Origin: Patescibacteria group bacterium | Lineage (GTDB): Bacteria; Omnitrophota; Gorgyraeia; Gygaellales; Profunditerraquicolaceae | Assembly: GCA_035506195.1 (NCBI GenBank) | Contig: DATJPV010000048.1 | Span: forward strand, 2,011 to 66,010 | Direction of reading: 5' to 3' | DNA: 64,000 nucleotides | Shown: positions 1 through 9,520 of the stretch, piece by piece | Layout of the letters: every line of letters begins with the position of its first letter | Numbering within the stretch: position 1 is the first letter of the stretch | Made by a program: the position numbers and the translations under genes | Notes under the pieces: model-generated | What the model was told of the DNA's origin: nothing | The model's database searches: none | What the model saw: the letters and a program-made list of their open reading frames with translations, nothing else

Positions 1-519
1 GGCAGGCTTGCTCAGGTCGAAAGTTTATTCACCCGGTCCATTATCCCGGACCCCAAGGGCAGCCGCGCAAACGCGTTGAGCCCTAAGAATGAACGTGCGT
101 ATAGGACGCTTGCGGTAGTATGCGAGGAAATGGGCAAGCCCGAGCTGGCCAAAGAGTATGCGCAGAAGGCCGGCAAGTTAAGGTCATTGTATTGCGATCC
201 TCTCACGGCCAAAAATTACCGCAGGCTCAAAGAGGTTCTGGACAGAAAGGGCATACGCCTGGTATGCGTGCAGTACCCTCTGCGCAGTATCGAGCCGTTC
301 AGGAGGATCTTCGAAGGCGACGGAGAAGGGGTTATTTTCGTGGACAATGAAAAGATCTTCCGCGACGCCGTTAAGAAAGACGGCTATACCGCATATTTCG
401 TAGATATGTTCGGCGGCGACTTCGGCCACTGCACCCCGAGAGGAAACAGGCTTTTGGCTGAAAACATCGCAAACGCCATTTTGAAAGAGGCGTTTCATAT
501 GCAGAAGGCAGTATTTTAA
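1..519 (+). CDS. C-terminal fragment (5' truncated by window edge) of a TPR-split SGNH hydrolase paralog
   Basis: Frame 1 is open from nt 1. The C-terminal ~145 aa are near-identical to the C-termini of the ORFs at 3190-4623, 4665-6089 and 7901-9520 (GIRLVCVQYP...FGGDFGHCT...GNRLLAENIA). DFGH is an SGNH block V D-x-x-H. Confidence 0.6.
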   Translation, partial: GRLAQVESLFTRSIIPDPKGSRANALSPKNERAYRTLAVVCEEMGKPELAKEYAQKAGKLRSLYCDPLTAKNYRRLKEVLDRKGIRLVCVQYPLRSIEPFRRIFEGDGEGVIFVDNEKIFRDAVKKDGYTAYFVDMFGGDFGHCTPRGNRLLAENIANAILKEAFHMQKAVF

Positions 520-522
520 TCT

Positions 523-1566
523 ATGCGCGGCAAAACAAAAACCGTCCTTTTCTCAATACTATTAGCGGGCCTTGCGTCTGCTTTGGCTTTTCTTTTTTCG
601 GAATACGCATACCGCAGCTACTTGCGTTACCGCTACGAGAAAGAAGCGGCAGCCTTCAGCAGCCCTCTTTATATCATTAAGCCGCACACCCTGATCGAGT
701 TTAGCATGAGGCCTAACAGCAGTAGAGAAAACAGGCTGAGCCTCGCGCAGCCAGACAAAAAGTGGAGTTATTCTATTAATGCTGACGGTTTCCGCGGCAG
801 GAATATCGTGCATACAAGAGCAAAGAATAAAAGGATACTGTTCCTGGGGGATTCCTACACGTTCGGCTGGTCTGTGAATGATGACCAGGCATATCCGCAT
901 CAGCTGGAAAACTTACTGCTTCAAAATAACTACGACGCCGAAATTGTCAACCTTGGCGTCCCCGCGTATAACACGGTTCAGGAATATCAGTTATTATGCC
1001 AGAAGTTGGATGTGTACAATCCGGATGTAGTTATTTTGGCATATGTGATGAATGACGCCGAGCCGCAGAACATTGTTCCTCTTGCCCCGGAAATAAAGTA
1101 TCAATGTGCCTCCTCCTGGCTTTTTGAAGACTTTAAATTGCTTCTTTATAAGGTACATTTCCCTTTTCGCAAGACTTTTCTCAGGTCGAATACCTACTGC
1201 ATAGGGCGTAATTATCTTGAAGGATTCGAGCCCGGGAGTCCGAAATGGAAACTCTCGAAGAATGCGTTGAAGGATATCGTGTCTTTTTGCAGGAAAAAGA
1301 ATATTACATTCTTTGTAGCCATCCTGCCGGATGTTACGCAGGATTTCGTCGGGTGCTACCGTTGGCGCCCAATACATCAGGTTGTCTCGAAATGGTGCGA
1401 AGAGTTTGGGGTCGGCTATATAGATCTCTTGCCTTATTTTGCGGGGATTGACCACAAAGATTTCTGGGTTGCCGGAGAAGGGCACCCTAACCCGCACGCG
1501 CATATGAGATTTGCGCAGATTTTGTTTGACTGCATAAGGAGGAACGCCCTTGCCGGCCCTGGATAA
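523..1566 (+). CDS. GDSL/SGNH-family hydrolase with N-terminal TM anchor
   Basis: Block I LFLGDSYTFGW, block II VNLGVPAYNT, block III VMNDAEP and a C-terminal D..GEGHPN are consistent with an SGNH esterase/acyl-hydrolase. There is an N-terminal hydrophobic helix. Confidence 0.65.
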   Translation: MRGKTKTVLFSILLAGLASALAFLFSEYAYRSYLRYRYEKEAAAFSSPLYIIKPHTLIEFSMRPNSSRENRLSLAQPDKKWSYSINADGFRGRNIVHTRAKNKRILFLGDSYTFGWSVNDDQAYPHQLENLLLQNNYDAEIVNLGVPAYNTVQEYQLLCQKLDVYNPDVVILAYVMNDAEPQNIVPLAPEIKYQCASSWLFEDFKLLLYKVHFPFRKTFLRSNTYCIGRNYLEGFEPGSPKWKLSKNALKDIVSFCRKKNITFFVAILPDVTQDFVGCYRWRPIHQVVSKWCEEFGVGYIDLLPYFAGIDHKDFWVAGEGHPNPHAHMRFAQILFDCIRRNALAGPG

Positions 1567-2071
1567 CTCCCTTTTTTATTTCATCAACAATGGTTTAAGC
1601 AACGGTTTTCTGAATACCGTCATGCCGTGGCTCAGCAACATGGGAACCCGGGAATTTCTCATCGTCGCCGGCATTGCCCTGCTTTTCGGCAAAGATAGGA
1701 AATTCAAAATAGCCGGCATCACGTTGATCGTAGGGTTGTTTATCTGCCGCAGCGCCGTGTATTCATTAAAAATGTGGATTGCCAGGCCGCGCCCCTTTCT
1801 CGTCCTTGCACACGTACACGTGCTGGCAAAGGAAATGAGCTTTTCTTTCCCCTCCGGGCACAGCACGAACATCTTCATGGCCGCGGCCCTGCTATCGGCG
1901 TATTCCCGGAAATGCCGCTATTTCTATATACTGGCTTTCGTGGTCGGTATTTCCAGGATCTACCTGGGCGTTCACTACCCTTCGGATGTCCTGGGAGGGG
2001 CATTGTTGGGTATTGCATTAGGAGCAGGCCTGGGATGGATAAGCAGAATTGCGCTAAAACAGGAAAGTTGA
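1550..2071 (+). CDS. PAP2-family phosphatase (undecaprenyl-PP/phosphatidate phosphatase-like)
   Basis: The three PAP2 signature motifs are present: KMWIARPRP, PSGHS and SRIYLGVHYPSD. It is a multi-TM protein. Confidence 0.8.
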   Translation: MPALDNSLFYFINNGLSNGFLNTVMPWLSNMGTREFLIVAGIALLFGKDRKFKIAGITLIVGLFICRSAVYSLKMWIARPRPFLVLAHVHVLAKEMSFSFPSGHSTNIFMAAALLSAYSRKCRYFYILAFVVGISRIYLGVHYPSDVLGGALLGIALGAGLGWISRIALKQES

Positions 2072-2074
2072 TCT

Positions 2075-3190
2075 ATGGAAAGAATAGAGATCACTATCGC
2101 AGGGGCGGGGATTATCGGCCTGGCTGTTGCCTTGGAGCTTTCCCGCAACCATCAGGATATCTTCGTGATAGAGCGGGAATATTCTTTCGGGCAGGGGGTA
2201 AGCTCAAGGAACAGCGAAGTGATCCATGCCGGGATCTATTACCCCAAGGATTCCCTTAAGACGCAAGTATGCGTCGAGGGCAGGCGGATGCTGTATGATT
2301 TTTGCGCAGAGAACCGCATCCCCCACAAAAAAACAGGCAAGCTTATCGTCGCCATCAACGAAACCGAAGCCGGGGACCTGATGGACCTTTTTACGCAAGG
2401 ACAGGCCAACGGCGTAGAGGACCTGCGTTTGCTTTCCAGGGATGAAATAAGAGCGCTAGAACCCCGCGTGCAGGCGCAAGCCGCGATCTATTCTCCTTCC
2501 ACGGGCATCATCGATTCCCACGGCCTGATGAAAAATCTGGCTTCGCAATTCCAGGACAACAAGGGCAACATTACATACAATACAGAAGTCGTGGGGATCG
2601 AAAAAGCCAAAGGCGGTTTCCAGGTTACGGTCAGGGATAAAAGCAAAGAGGCCTTCACATTCTTTACCCGCATTTTTATCAACTCGGCAGGATTATTCTC
2701 GGATAAGATCGCCGTGATGGCCGGCCTGTCGAAGGGTGAATACAAATTGAAATACTGCAAAGGAGACTATTTCCGGGCCCATCCGGCTAAGGCAGGCCTG
2801 ATCAACAGGCTGGTATATCCCGTCCCTAAAAGGAAAGGCGCCGGACTGGGGATACATGCGACGTTGGATCTGGCGGGCGGCCTGCGTTTCGGCCCGGATG
2901 ACGAGTATGTAGAGAAGCTGGATTATAACGTTGACGCATCCAAGTCGAAGGCCTTTCATGAAGCGGTCAGGACGTTCTTGCCTTTCATTGACCGGCAAGA
3001 CCTAAGCCCGGACATGGCAGGTATCCGGCCCAAACTTCAGGGGCCGGGGGAGGGTTTCAGGGATTTTATCATTAAAGACGAAAGCGCCTGCGGCCTTGCC
3101 GGTTTTATAAACCTTATCGGCATCGAGTCCCCGGGGCTTACCGGCGCTTTGTCTATTGCCCGCAAAGTTAAAGGTATGGTCAGGAACTGA
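2075..3190 (+). CDS. lhgO: FAD-dependent oxidoreductase, L-2-hydroxyglutarate oxidase-like
   Basis: It has an N-terminal GAGIIGLAVALEL dinucleotide fold, plus SEVIHAGIYYP and CKGDYFR motifs that match LhgO-family enzymes. Confidence 0.7.
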   Translation: MERIEITIAGAGIIGLAVALELSRNHQDIFVIEREYSFGQGVSSRNSEVIHAGIYYPKDSLKTQVCVEGRRMLYDFCAENRIPHKKTGKLIVAINETEAGDLMDLFTQGQANGVEDLRLLSRDEIRALEPRVQAQAAIYSPSTGIIDSHGLMKNLASQFQDNKGNITYNTEVVGIEKAKGGFQVTVRDKSKEAFTFFTRIFINSAGLFSDKIAVMAGLSKGEYKLKYCKGDYFRAHPAKAGLINRLVYPVPKRKGAGLGIHATLDLAGGLRFGPDDEYVEKLDYNVDASKSKAFHEAVRTFLPFIDRQDLSPDMAGIRPKLQGPGEGFRDFIIKDESACGLAGFINLIGIESPGLTGALSIARKVKGMVRN

Positions 3191-4623
3191 TGCCGCTAAA
3201 GAAAAAGATATCCCTGGTTTTGCTAGGGTCATTTGTGTTTTTTATTTTCCTGGAAGCAGGTTTGCGCTTCGGCGGGTTTGTGTTTGTTTCTTTCCAGGAG
3301 TACCGCAACGCGCGTTCTCTGGCGAAAAAAGGTACGTATCGTATACTCTGCCTGGGGGAATCCACCACCGCCAACCAATACCCGCCTTTCCTTGAGCAGA
3401 TCCTGAACCAGCGCCACACGGGAGTACGCTTCAGCGTCATCGACAAGGGCGTCATCGCCACCGATACCCCGGCTATCCTGCGCCGGTTGAGAGAGAACCT
3501 GGCAGCCTACAAGCCGGATATGGTGGTGGCCATGATGGGGTTTAACGACCGGCGCGTTGCCTACTATGCCGATATACCCGAGGTTCGCATGCCTCTGTTC
3601 CAATATTGCAGAACCTACCGGTTGTTGCGGCTGCTTTACAGCCTCCTGATAAAGAAACGGCATCATGCCCCCCAGCCGCAGGATACTCATGCAGATACCG
3701 CGTTAACGGAGGACACGCGGGAACATAACGAGCTTCTTGCCAGAGAGACGGAATCAAAAAGGACGATCGAGTCAGACCCTCAGAACGAAGAAGCGTATAT
3801 AGAGCTGGGAGGCAGCTATCGCCAGCAGGGTAAATTCTCCCAGGCCGAAGAGTCGCTCAGGAAGGCTATTGAGCTGAATCCTCAAAACGAGCGCGCATAC
3901 GTCGAACTGGGGCGGTTGTATCGCGCCGCAGGCAGGTTCTCCCAAGCCGAGGATTTGTACCAGAAGGCCATCGTGCTAAACCCCAAGAATGAGCGGATCT
4001 ATATTGAGTTAGGATGGCTCTATAGGACTCGAGGCAAGCTTTCCCAGGCAGAAGCCGCGTTCAAAAAGGCCATCGAGGCAAACCCTCGCAACGAGCGCAT
4101 GTATGTCGAGTTGGGATGGAGTTATCGGACCCAGGGCAGGTTCTCTCAGGCGGAGGATTTGCTCAAGCAAGCCGTCGCGCTGAAGCCTCTCAACGATGAT
4201 ACTTATGGCGATCGCGCCTACGGAGCTCTCTCGGTCTTATACGAAGAAACGGGTAAACCGGGACTGGCCAGGGCATATGCCGAAAAGGCGGAAGGGTTGC
4301 GGTCGAAGACGCCCAATGCTCTTACGGCTCAGAGCTACCAGAGACTGAAAGATATTTTGGACACACAGGGCATACGCCTGGTATGCGTACAGTATCCCAT
4401 GCGTAACATAGGGCCGTTGAAGGCGATTTTCCGTAGCGGCCAGGAAGGGGTCGTGTTCGTAGACAACGAGAAGATATTCAGGGATGCCCTCAAGAAAGAC
4501 GGATACAACGCATATTTTAGAGACGCATTCGGCGGCGACTTCGGCCACTGCACCGATAAGGGTAATAAGCTCCTGGCGGAAAATATCGCCAACGCCATTC
4601 TTAAAAAGGTATTTCATAAATAG
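3190..4623 (+). CDS. TM-anchored SGNH hydrolase with a 5xTPR array inserted between catalytic blocks III and V (paralog A)
   Basis: There is an N-terminal TM helix. Block I is CLGESTT, block II DKGVIATDT and block III MMGFNDR. Then come ~5 TPR units (AYxELGxxYRxQGKFSQAE), then block V GGDFGHCT. The ATG overlaps the lhgO stop. Confidence 0.6.
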   Translation: MPLKKKISLVLLGSFVFFIFLEAGLRFGGFVFVSFQEYRNARSLAKKGTYRILCLGESTTANQYPPFLEQILNQRHTGVRFSVIDKGVIATDTPAILRRLRENLAAYKPDMVVAMMGFNDRRVAYYADIPEVRMPLFQYCRTYRLLRLLYSLLIKKRHHAPQPQDTHADTALTEDTREHNELLARETESKRTIESDPQNEEAYIELGGSYRQQGKFSQAEESLRKAIELNPQNERAYVELGRLYRAAGRFSQAEDLYQKAIVLNPKNERIYIELGWLYRTRGKLSQAEAAFKKAIEANPRNERMYVELGWSYRTQGRFSQAEDLLKQAVALKPLNDDTYGDRAYGALSVLYEETGKPGLARAYAEKAEGLRSKTPNALTAQSYQRLKDILDTQGIRLVCVQYPMRNIGPLKAIFRSGQEGVVFVDNEKIFRDALKKDGYNAYFRDAFGGDFGHCTDKGNKLLAENIANAILKKVFHK

Positions 4624-4664
4624 AGCGCCTATCATTTCGCAGGGGGCATGGTATAATTTAACAA

Positions 4665-6089
4665 ATGAAACCGCTCAGAACGGAAATATCTCTGCTCATA
4701 TTCGGGCTGTTCTTGTTCCTTCTGCTCCTTGAGGCGGCCTTGCGCCTGGCCGGCTTTGCCTTTTGGTCTTTACAGGAATACAGGAACCTGCAGTCTATGC
4801 GGCAGAAGGGGACCCGGCGTATCATGTGTGTAGGAGAATCTACTACCGCAGGCCAGTACCCTCCTTTTCTGGAAGAAATACTTAATCAGCGCAGCGGCAT
4901 AAAGTTCAGCGTAATCGATAAAGGCGTAGTCGGCACGACAACGTCGGTCATATTGGCTGAATTGGAAGCAAACCTCGATCGCTACCGTCCCGATATGGTA
5001 GTTGCCATGATGGGGATAAACGACTGGGGGCCGCATATCCCTTATGAAGCGGCTACCGCTTCAAAGGCCGCGCTTTTCTTCAGGTCTTTGCGTACGTACA
5101 AGTTGGCCAGGCTCCTGTGGCTGCACATCGTGACTAAAACCAGAGAGGCCGCCGGAACGCCTTCGTATATCGCGCAGGGAATGTGCTATCGCAGCCAGGG
5201 GAAATTTGCTCAGGCCGAAGAGGCCTTCAGGAAGGCCTTGGAAGCGGATCCTAAAAACCGCGATGCGTATCTTATACTCGGGCACCTGTACCGGGAACAA
5301 AGCAAGTTCTCTCAATCGGAAGAGGCCTTCAAGAAGGTCATCGCGCTGAACTATCAGGACGACGGTTTATATATCGGGTTGGGATGGACCTATGAGGGCC
5401 AGGGCAGTTTTGCTCAGGCCGAAGAGGCCTTCAGGAAGGCCATCGAGTTAAACCCCCAAAACGAGGGCGCATACATCGGGCTGGGATGGAGCTATCGCCA
5501 GCAGGGTAAATTCTCCCGGGCGGAGGATGCCTTCAAAAAGGCCGTCGAGTTGAGTCCCAAAAACGACGGCGCGTATGTTGAACTAGGGCTGTCTTATCGA
5601 GCCGAAGGAAAGATTTCCCAGGCCGAAGGCTCGTACAGAAAGGCTATCGAGCTGAACTCTTACAACGACCGCGCGTACGCAGCGCTGGCGGTGGTCTATG
5701 AAGAGACAGGCAGGCCCGCGTTGGCAAAGGAATACGCCAAGAAGGCGGAAGAATTACGATATGCGTATTATGATCCCCGCACGGCGGCCAACTACCGCAA
5801 GCTCAAGGAGATCCTGGATAAAAGAGGCATACGATTTGTATGCGCCCAGTACCCCATGCGCAGCATCGGGCCGCTGAGAAGGATATTCAAGGACCAGGAA
5901 GGCACCATATTCTTTGTGGACAACGAAAAAATATTCAGGGATGCGGTTAAGAAAGACGGCTACAATGCCTATTTCGTAGATATGCTTGGCGGCGATTTCG
6001 GCCATTGCACCCCTAAGGGCAACAGGCTCTTGGCTGAAAATATCGCCGATGCCGTCATGCAAGGCTCATGCGTACATAAAACGCCTTAA
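4665..6089 (+). CDS. TM-anchored SGNH hydrolase with internal TPR array (paralog B)
   Basis: It has the same architecture and near-identical motifs (CVGESTT, MMGINDW, GGDFGHCT) and 5-6 TPR units. Confidence 0.6.
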   Translation: MKPLRTEISLLIFGLFLFLLLLEAALRLAGFAFWSLQEYRNLQSMRQKGTRRIMCVGESTTAGQYPPFLEEILNQRSGIKFSVIDKGVVGTTTSVILAELEANLDRYRPDMVVAMMGINDWGPHIPYEAATASKAALFFRSLRTYKLARLLWLHIVTKTREAAGTPSYIAQGMCYRSQGKFAQAEEAFRKALEADPKNRDAYLILGHLYREQSKFSQSEEAFKKVIALNYQDDGLYIGLGWTYEGQGSFAQAEEAFRKAIELNPQNEGAYIGLGWSYRQQGKFSRAEDAFKKAVELSPKNDGAYVELGLSYRAEGKISQAEGSYRKAIELNSYNDRAYAALAVVYEETGRPALAKEYAKKAEELRYAYYDPRTAANYRKLKEILDKRGIRFVCAQYPMRSIGPLRRIFKDQEGTIFFVDNEKIFRDAVKKDGYNAYFVDMLGGDFGHCTPKGNRLLAENIADAVMQGSCVHKTP

Positions 6090-6102
6090 GCCGAACTTCC
6101 TT

Positions 6103-7035
6103 ATGAAGACAAAATTCCATCAGAGATATCCTCGCTATCTGCCTTTTTATTATATCGTCTTTTTGATCTTGCGAAAGATCATCCGGCAGCGTGCGTTGCG
6201 GCGCTTGGAGGCAAGGACCGCCAAGAGCCCTCTTGCCGGGGAATGCGAGGATGGGCCGGGCCATTGGGCCCGGGAAGATAAACCAAAGAACCCTGTCGGC
6301 GCCATAAATAAAGCCGCATTCTGGATCGACGATGATTTTAAGGAGCCGGCGATCAGGGAGTGTATAGATAACATTGCCGCCTTGAGGGCATCGTTGAATG
6401 CAAGGCGCCTGCGTTATTGCAGCCCGGCCGGGACATTCATTCCGGGAACCTATCTGCCACGCACGTCAAAAACAAAAATGTGGGAAAATGCCTGGGCTAT
6501 CCGTCATCTGGGCGTCAGCCCGACCGATGCAGTGCTTGACCTGGGGGGCGCCTCAACCCTTTTTAGCTTTTATTTAGCCGGTATGGGATGCAGCGTGCGC
6601 GTGATCGATAATGATTGGGGAAACTGCGGGACGATCTATAATACGAATTACGTAGGCAAGAAAATGCATTGGGATATCAGGGCCTACGATCATGACCTGG
6701 CCAGGCCCCTGCCTTTTAAAGACGCTTCTTTCGATGCGGTATTCTCCATATGCGTTTTTGAACATCTTTTCTGCGGGACGAGGCGGCAGGTAATGCGGGA
6801 GATCGGACGGGTGCTCAAACCCGCGGGGAGGCTCGCCCTGACGTTTGATTATGACCCTCCCCGCGCCTGCGGGTTATCCGACAAGGGTTTGCGTTTTGCC
6901 TACAGGGATAAGATCGAGCGCGATATCATTCAGCCTTCCGGCCTAGAGGTCATGGGCAACCAGCAGTGGCTCGACGCCTTTCCTGAGAAGCCATTCTTGG
7001 GAGCGCTGTTTCTCAAAAAGAGGCCCGCGGCATGA
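6103..7035 (+). CDS. class I SAM-dependent methyltransferase
   Basis: Motif I is VLDLGGASTLFSFYLAGMGCSVRVID, and post-motif II/III are AVFSICVFEHL and LKPAGRLALT. The start is placed at the ATG at 6103, after the paralog B stop. The track ORF 5986-7035 extends upstream through the overlap and is not supported. Confidence 0.7.
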   Translation: MKTKFHQRYPRYLPFYYIVFLILRKIIRQRALRRLEARTAKSPLAGECEDGPGHWAREDKPKNPVGAINKAAFWIDDDFKEPAIRECIDNIAALRASLNARRLRYCSPAGTFIPGTYLPRTSKTKMWENAWAIRHLGVSPTDAVLDLGGASTLFSFYLAGMGCSVRVIDNDWGNCGTIYNTNYVGKKMHWDIRAYDHDLARPLPFKDASFDAVFSICVFEHLFCGTRRQVMREIGRVLKPAGRLALTFDYDPPRACGLSDKGLRFAYRDKIERDIIQPSGLEVMGNQQWLDAFPEKPFLGALFLKKRPAA

Positions 7036-7904
7036 ATAATAAAGAGCTGCCGTTTGCTTCGGTTATTATCTGTACACAGAACAGGAAAGAATACCTCCAG
7101 AATTACTCTCTGCGCACCGCCCTGGAATTGGCATATCCCCGTTACGAGGTGATCGTTGTCGTTGACGGCTCGCAGGATAGCACCGATGATTTTCTTGCTT
7201 CTCTCCAGGGCCGGACAGCTAACCTTAAGGTTGTGCGTCACCCTATTCCCAGAGGGGTAGCGTACGCAAGGCAGGCAGGGGTCCAGCGGGCAGCGGGCCA
7301 GATCATCGCGTTTACCGATGACGACTGTATGTTGGAAAAAAACTGGTTAAAGGAACTGGTGCTTATGTATCTGGAAGATAACGAGCTGATGGCCGCCGGA
7401 GGCCTTACGTATGAGGCGGATACGGATAAGCCCTGCTCATCGCCCGAAGACATATTCGGTTTTAATATGTCTTTTCGCAGGGCCGTTTTCGACAGGTTTT
7501 CCTTTGACGCCAATTTATTTTTCCACAGGGCCCCTATGCACGAAGAGACGGATCTTATCGCAAGGATGCGGCATCACGGCTATAAGACAGGGTATACGAG
7601 AAAGGCGATAGTAAGGCATTTCCCCGCTTCCGCATCATACCGCAGGATCAACAAAAGGATCGGCGATCACCTGAACTGGATTTACATGAAAGCAAAGGCA
7701 ACGTCTTTGCCGCGTTACTACTGCGCGTTTTTCAAGAGATCCCGCCAGATGTATTCCAAGATCAAGGACCTGCATCGGGACGGGGTTATTTCTTTTCTGG
7801 ATACATGGCGCAAGTTAGCTTGGGTTAATTACGTGTTGCTTTTTGAGCTGCCCGTTAAGGCAAAGATTGCCCACAGGCAAGAAGAAAAAAAGCTCAAGAC
7901 ATGA
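7032..7904 (+). CDS. glycosyltransferase family 2
   Basis: It has a GT-A fold N-terminus (ASVIICTQNRKEYL, VIVVVDGSQDST) and a DxD-like TDDDC motif. Start and stop overlap the neighbouring genes. Confidence 0.75.
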   Translation: MNNKELPFASVIICTQNRKEYLQNYSLRTALELAYPRYEVIVVVDGSQDSTDDFLASLQGRTANLKVVRHPIPRGVAYARQAGVQRAAGQIIAFTDDDCMLEKNWLKELVLMYLEDNELMAAGGLTYEADTDKPCSSPEDIFGFNMSFRRAVFDRFSFDANLFFHRAPMHEETDLIARMRHHGYKTGYTRKAIVRHFPASASYRRINKRIGDHLNWIYMKAKATSLPRYYCAFFKRSRQMYSKIKDLHRDGVISFLDTWRKLAWVNYVLLFELPVKAKIAHRQEEKKLKT

Positions 7905-9520
7905 CGCCGCTGAAAACGAAAATATCACTGATCCTGTTCGGATTCTTGGTGTTTGTCCTTCTTCTTGAGGCAGCCTTGCGCCTGGCAGGGTTTACCTTAT
8001 TGTCTATTCAGGAGCACCGTAACCTGCAATCCCTCAAACATAAGGGATCCTACCGCATCGTGTGTTTGGGCGAGTCTACCACTGTAGGCCAGTATCCGTC
8101 CCTGCTCGAAGAGATCCTCAACCGGCGCAACATCGGCATGCGGTTCAGTGTCATTGACAAGGGGGTAGTGGGCACTACGACCGACGCTATCATGTCTAGG
8201 CTCCTGCCGAACCTTGCCGCTTATACCCCGGATATGGTAATTGCGATGATGGGGGTTAATGATCGGCAGTTGATGTGCTATAAAGGCATTTCTGCTGTAT
8301 ACACAAGGCTATTCTTGCGTTCAAGGGTTTTCCGCCTCATGTTTTTTGTGTATGAGCGTGTTTCCGAAAAAATAAAGGAAGTCGCGGAATCCGGCCGTGG
8401 TTTTAACTATGGCCAGCTGGAGCTATCCGGCCTGCAACAGAGCCCCTTGCCGTATGACGCAGACCCTCAGCCTCAAGATGTCGATACCTGCCTTCGTTTA
8501 GCGCAGGCCTTTTTAAGCCGGGGCAACTTCTCCAGGGCCGAAGGCGCCTTCAGGAAAGCCATAGAGCTTGAATCGCAAAGCGGGCGTGCGCACCGTCAAT
8601 TCGAGCGGTTCCGTCAGAACTATCCGCGCATTGAGGATACGCTCAAGAAAGCCATCACAGCACATCCGCAGGAGGAGGCTGCGTATATAGAACTGGAGTG
8701 GTTGTATGGTAAGCCGGCAGGCCTGGCCCGGGCCGAAGATACGTTTAAAAAACTTATCGCGCTAAACCCCCGAAACGAACACGCCTATATTATGTTAGGT
8801 TCACTGTATGGGAAAGCGCACCAGCTCTCTGGGGCCCAAGAGTTGTTGGAAAAGGCCGTTGCGCTGGCGCCTCAAAACGAGCGCGCATATGTTCCGCTGG
8901 GGCGGAACTACCGAACCCAGGGCAAGTTTGCTTTGGCCGAGGAGGCATTTCAAAAGGCCATCGCACTGAAACCCCAAAACGAGCGCGCATATACGGAGTT
9001 GGGGTGGAGCTACCAGGCCCAGGGCAAGTTCTCGCAAGCCGAGGAGGCATTTCAAAAGGCCGTCGCGCTGAACCCTCAAGACGAGCGTCCGTATGAAGCG
9101 CTCTCGAAAGTATACGAAAATATAAACAAGCCGGAGTTAGGAAGAGCGTATGCTGAAAAAGCGGCTAACTTGAGGGCAAGAAGATTCGAAGCCGGTACCA
9201 TTCAGAACTACCGGAGGCTTAAGGATATCTTAAGCAAAAAGGGTATACGCCTGGTTTGCGTCCAGTATCCCCTGCGTCCCGTGGGGGCATTACAAGAAAT
9301 ATTCCAGGGCCGCGCAGAAGGGATCGTTTTTGTAGATAATGAGCGGATATTTAAAGACGCCGTTGAAAAAGACGGCTATGATGTGTATTTCGATGATACG
9401 TTCGCAGGCGATTTCGGCCACTGCACCGCTAAGGGCAACCGGCTTTTAGCTGAAAATATCGCCGATACGATCGTGCGTCGGGTATTTACTCCTGATCATG
9501 CATCCCATGCCGCGTTTTAA
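7901..9520 (+). CDS. TM-anchored SGNH hydrolase with internal TPR array (paralog C, longer TPR insert)
   Basis: It has CLGESTT, MMGVNDR, ~7 TPR units and AGDFGHCT. Confidence 0.6.
   Translation: MTPLKTKISLILFGFLVFVLLLEAALRLAGFTLLSIQEHRNLQSLKHKGSYRIVCLGESTTVGQYPSLLEEILNRRNIGMRFSVIDKGVVGTTTDAIMSRLLPNLAAYTPDMVIAMMGVNDRQLMCYKGISAVYTRLFLRSRVFRLMFFVYERVSEKIKEVAESGRGFNYGQLELSGLQQSPLPYDADPQPQDVDTCLRLAQAFLSRGNFSRAEGAFRKAIELESQSGRAHRQFERFRQNYPRIEDTLKKAITAHPQEEAAYIELEWLYGKPAGLARAEDTFKKLIALNPRNEHAYIMLGSLYGKAHQLSGAQELLEKAVALAPQNERAYVPLGRNYRTQGKFALAEEAFQKAIALKPQNERAYTELGWSYQAQGKFSQAEEAFQKAVALNPQDERPYEALSKVYENINKPELGRAYAEKAANLRARRFEAGTIQNYRRLKDILSKKGIRLVCVQYPLRPVGALQEIFQGRAEGIVFVDNERIFKDAVEKDGYDVYFDDTFAGDFGHCTAKGNRLLAENIADTIVRRVFTPDHASHAAF

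Noticed and set aside
120-498. Alternative-frame ORFs 120-350 (+) and 184-498 (-) in the first 0.5 kb
   Set aside because: They overlap the frame-1 ORF, whose product is nearly identical to the C-termini of three downstream paralogs. The alternative frames are Arg/Gly-rich with no motifs.
5986-6102. Upstream extension of the methyltransferase ORF overlapping the 3' end of SGNH-TPR paralog B by ~100 nt
   Set aside because: The extension has no methyltransferase-like sequence and overlaps a conserved paralog C-terminus. The ATG at 6103 follows the upstream stop and precedes motif I at a sensible distance.
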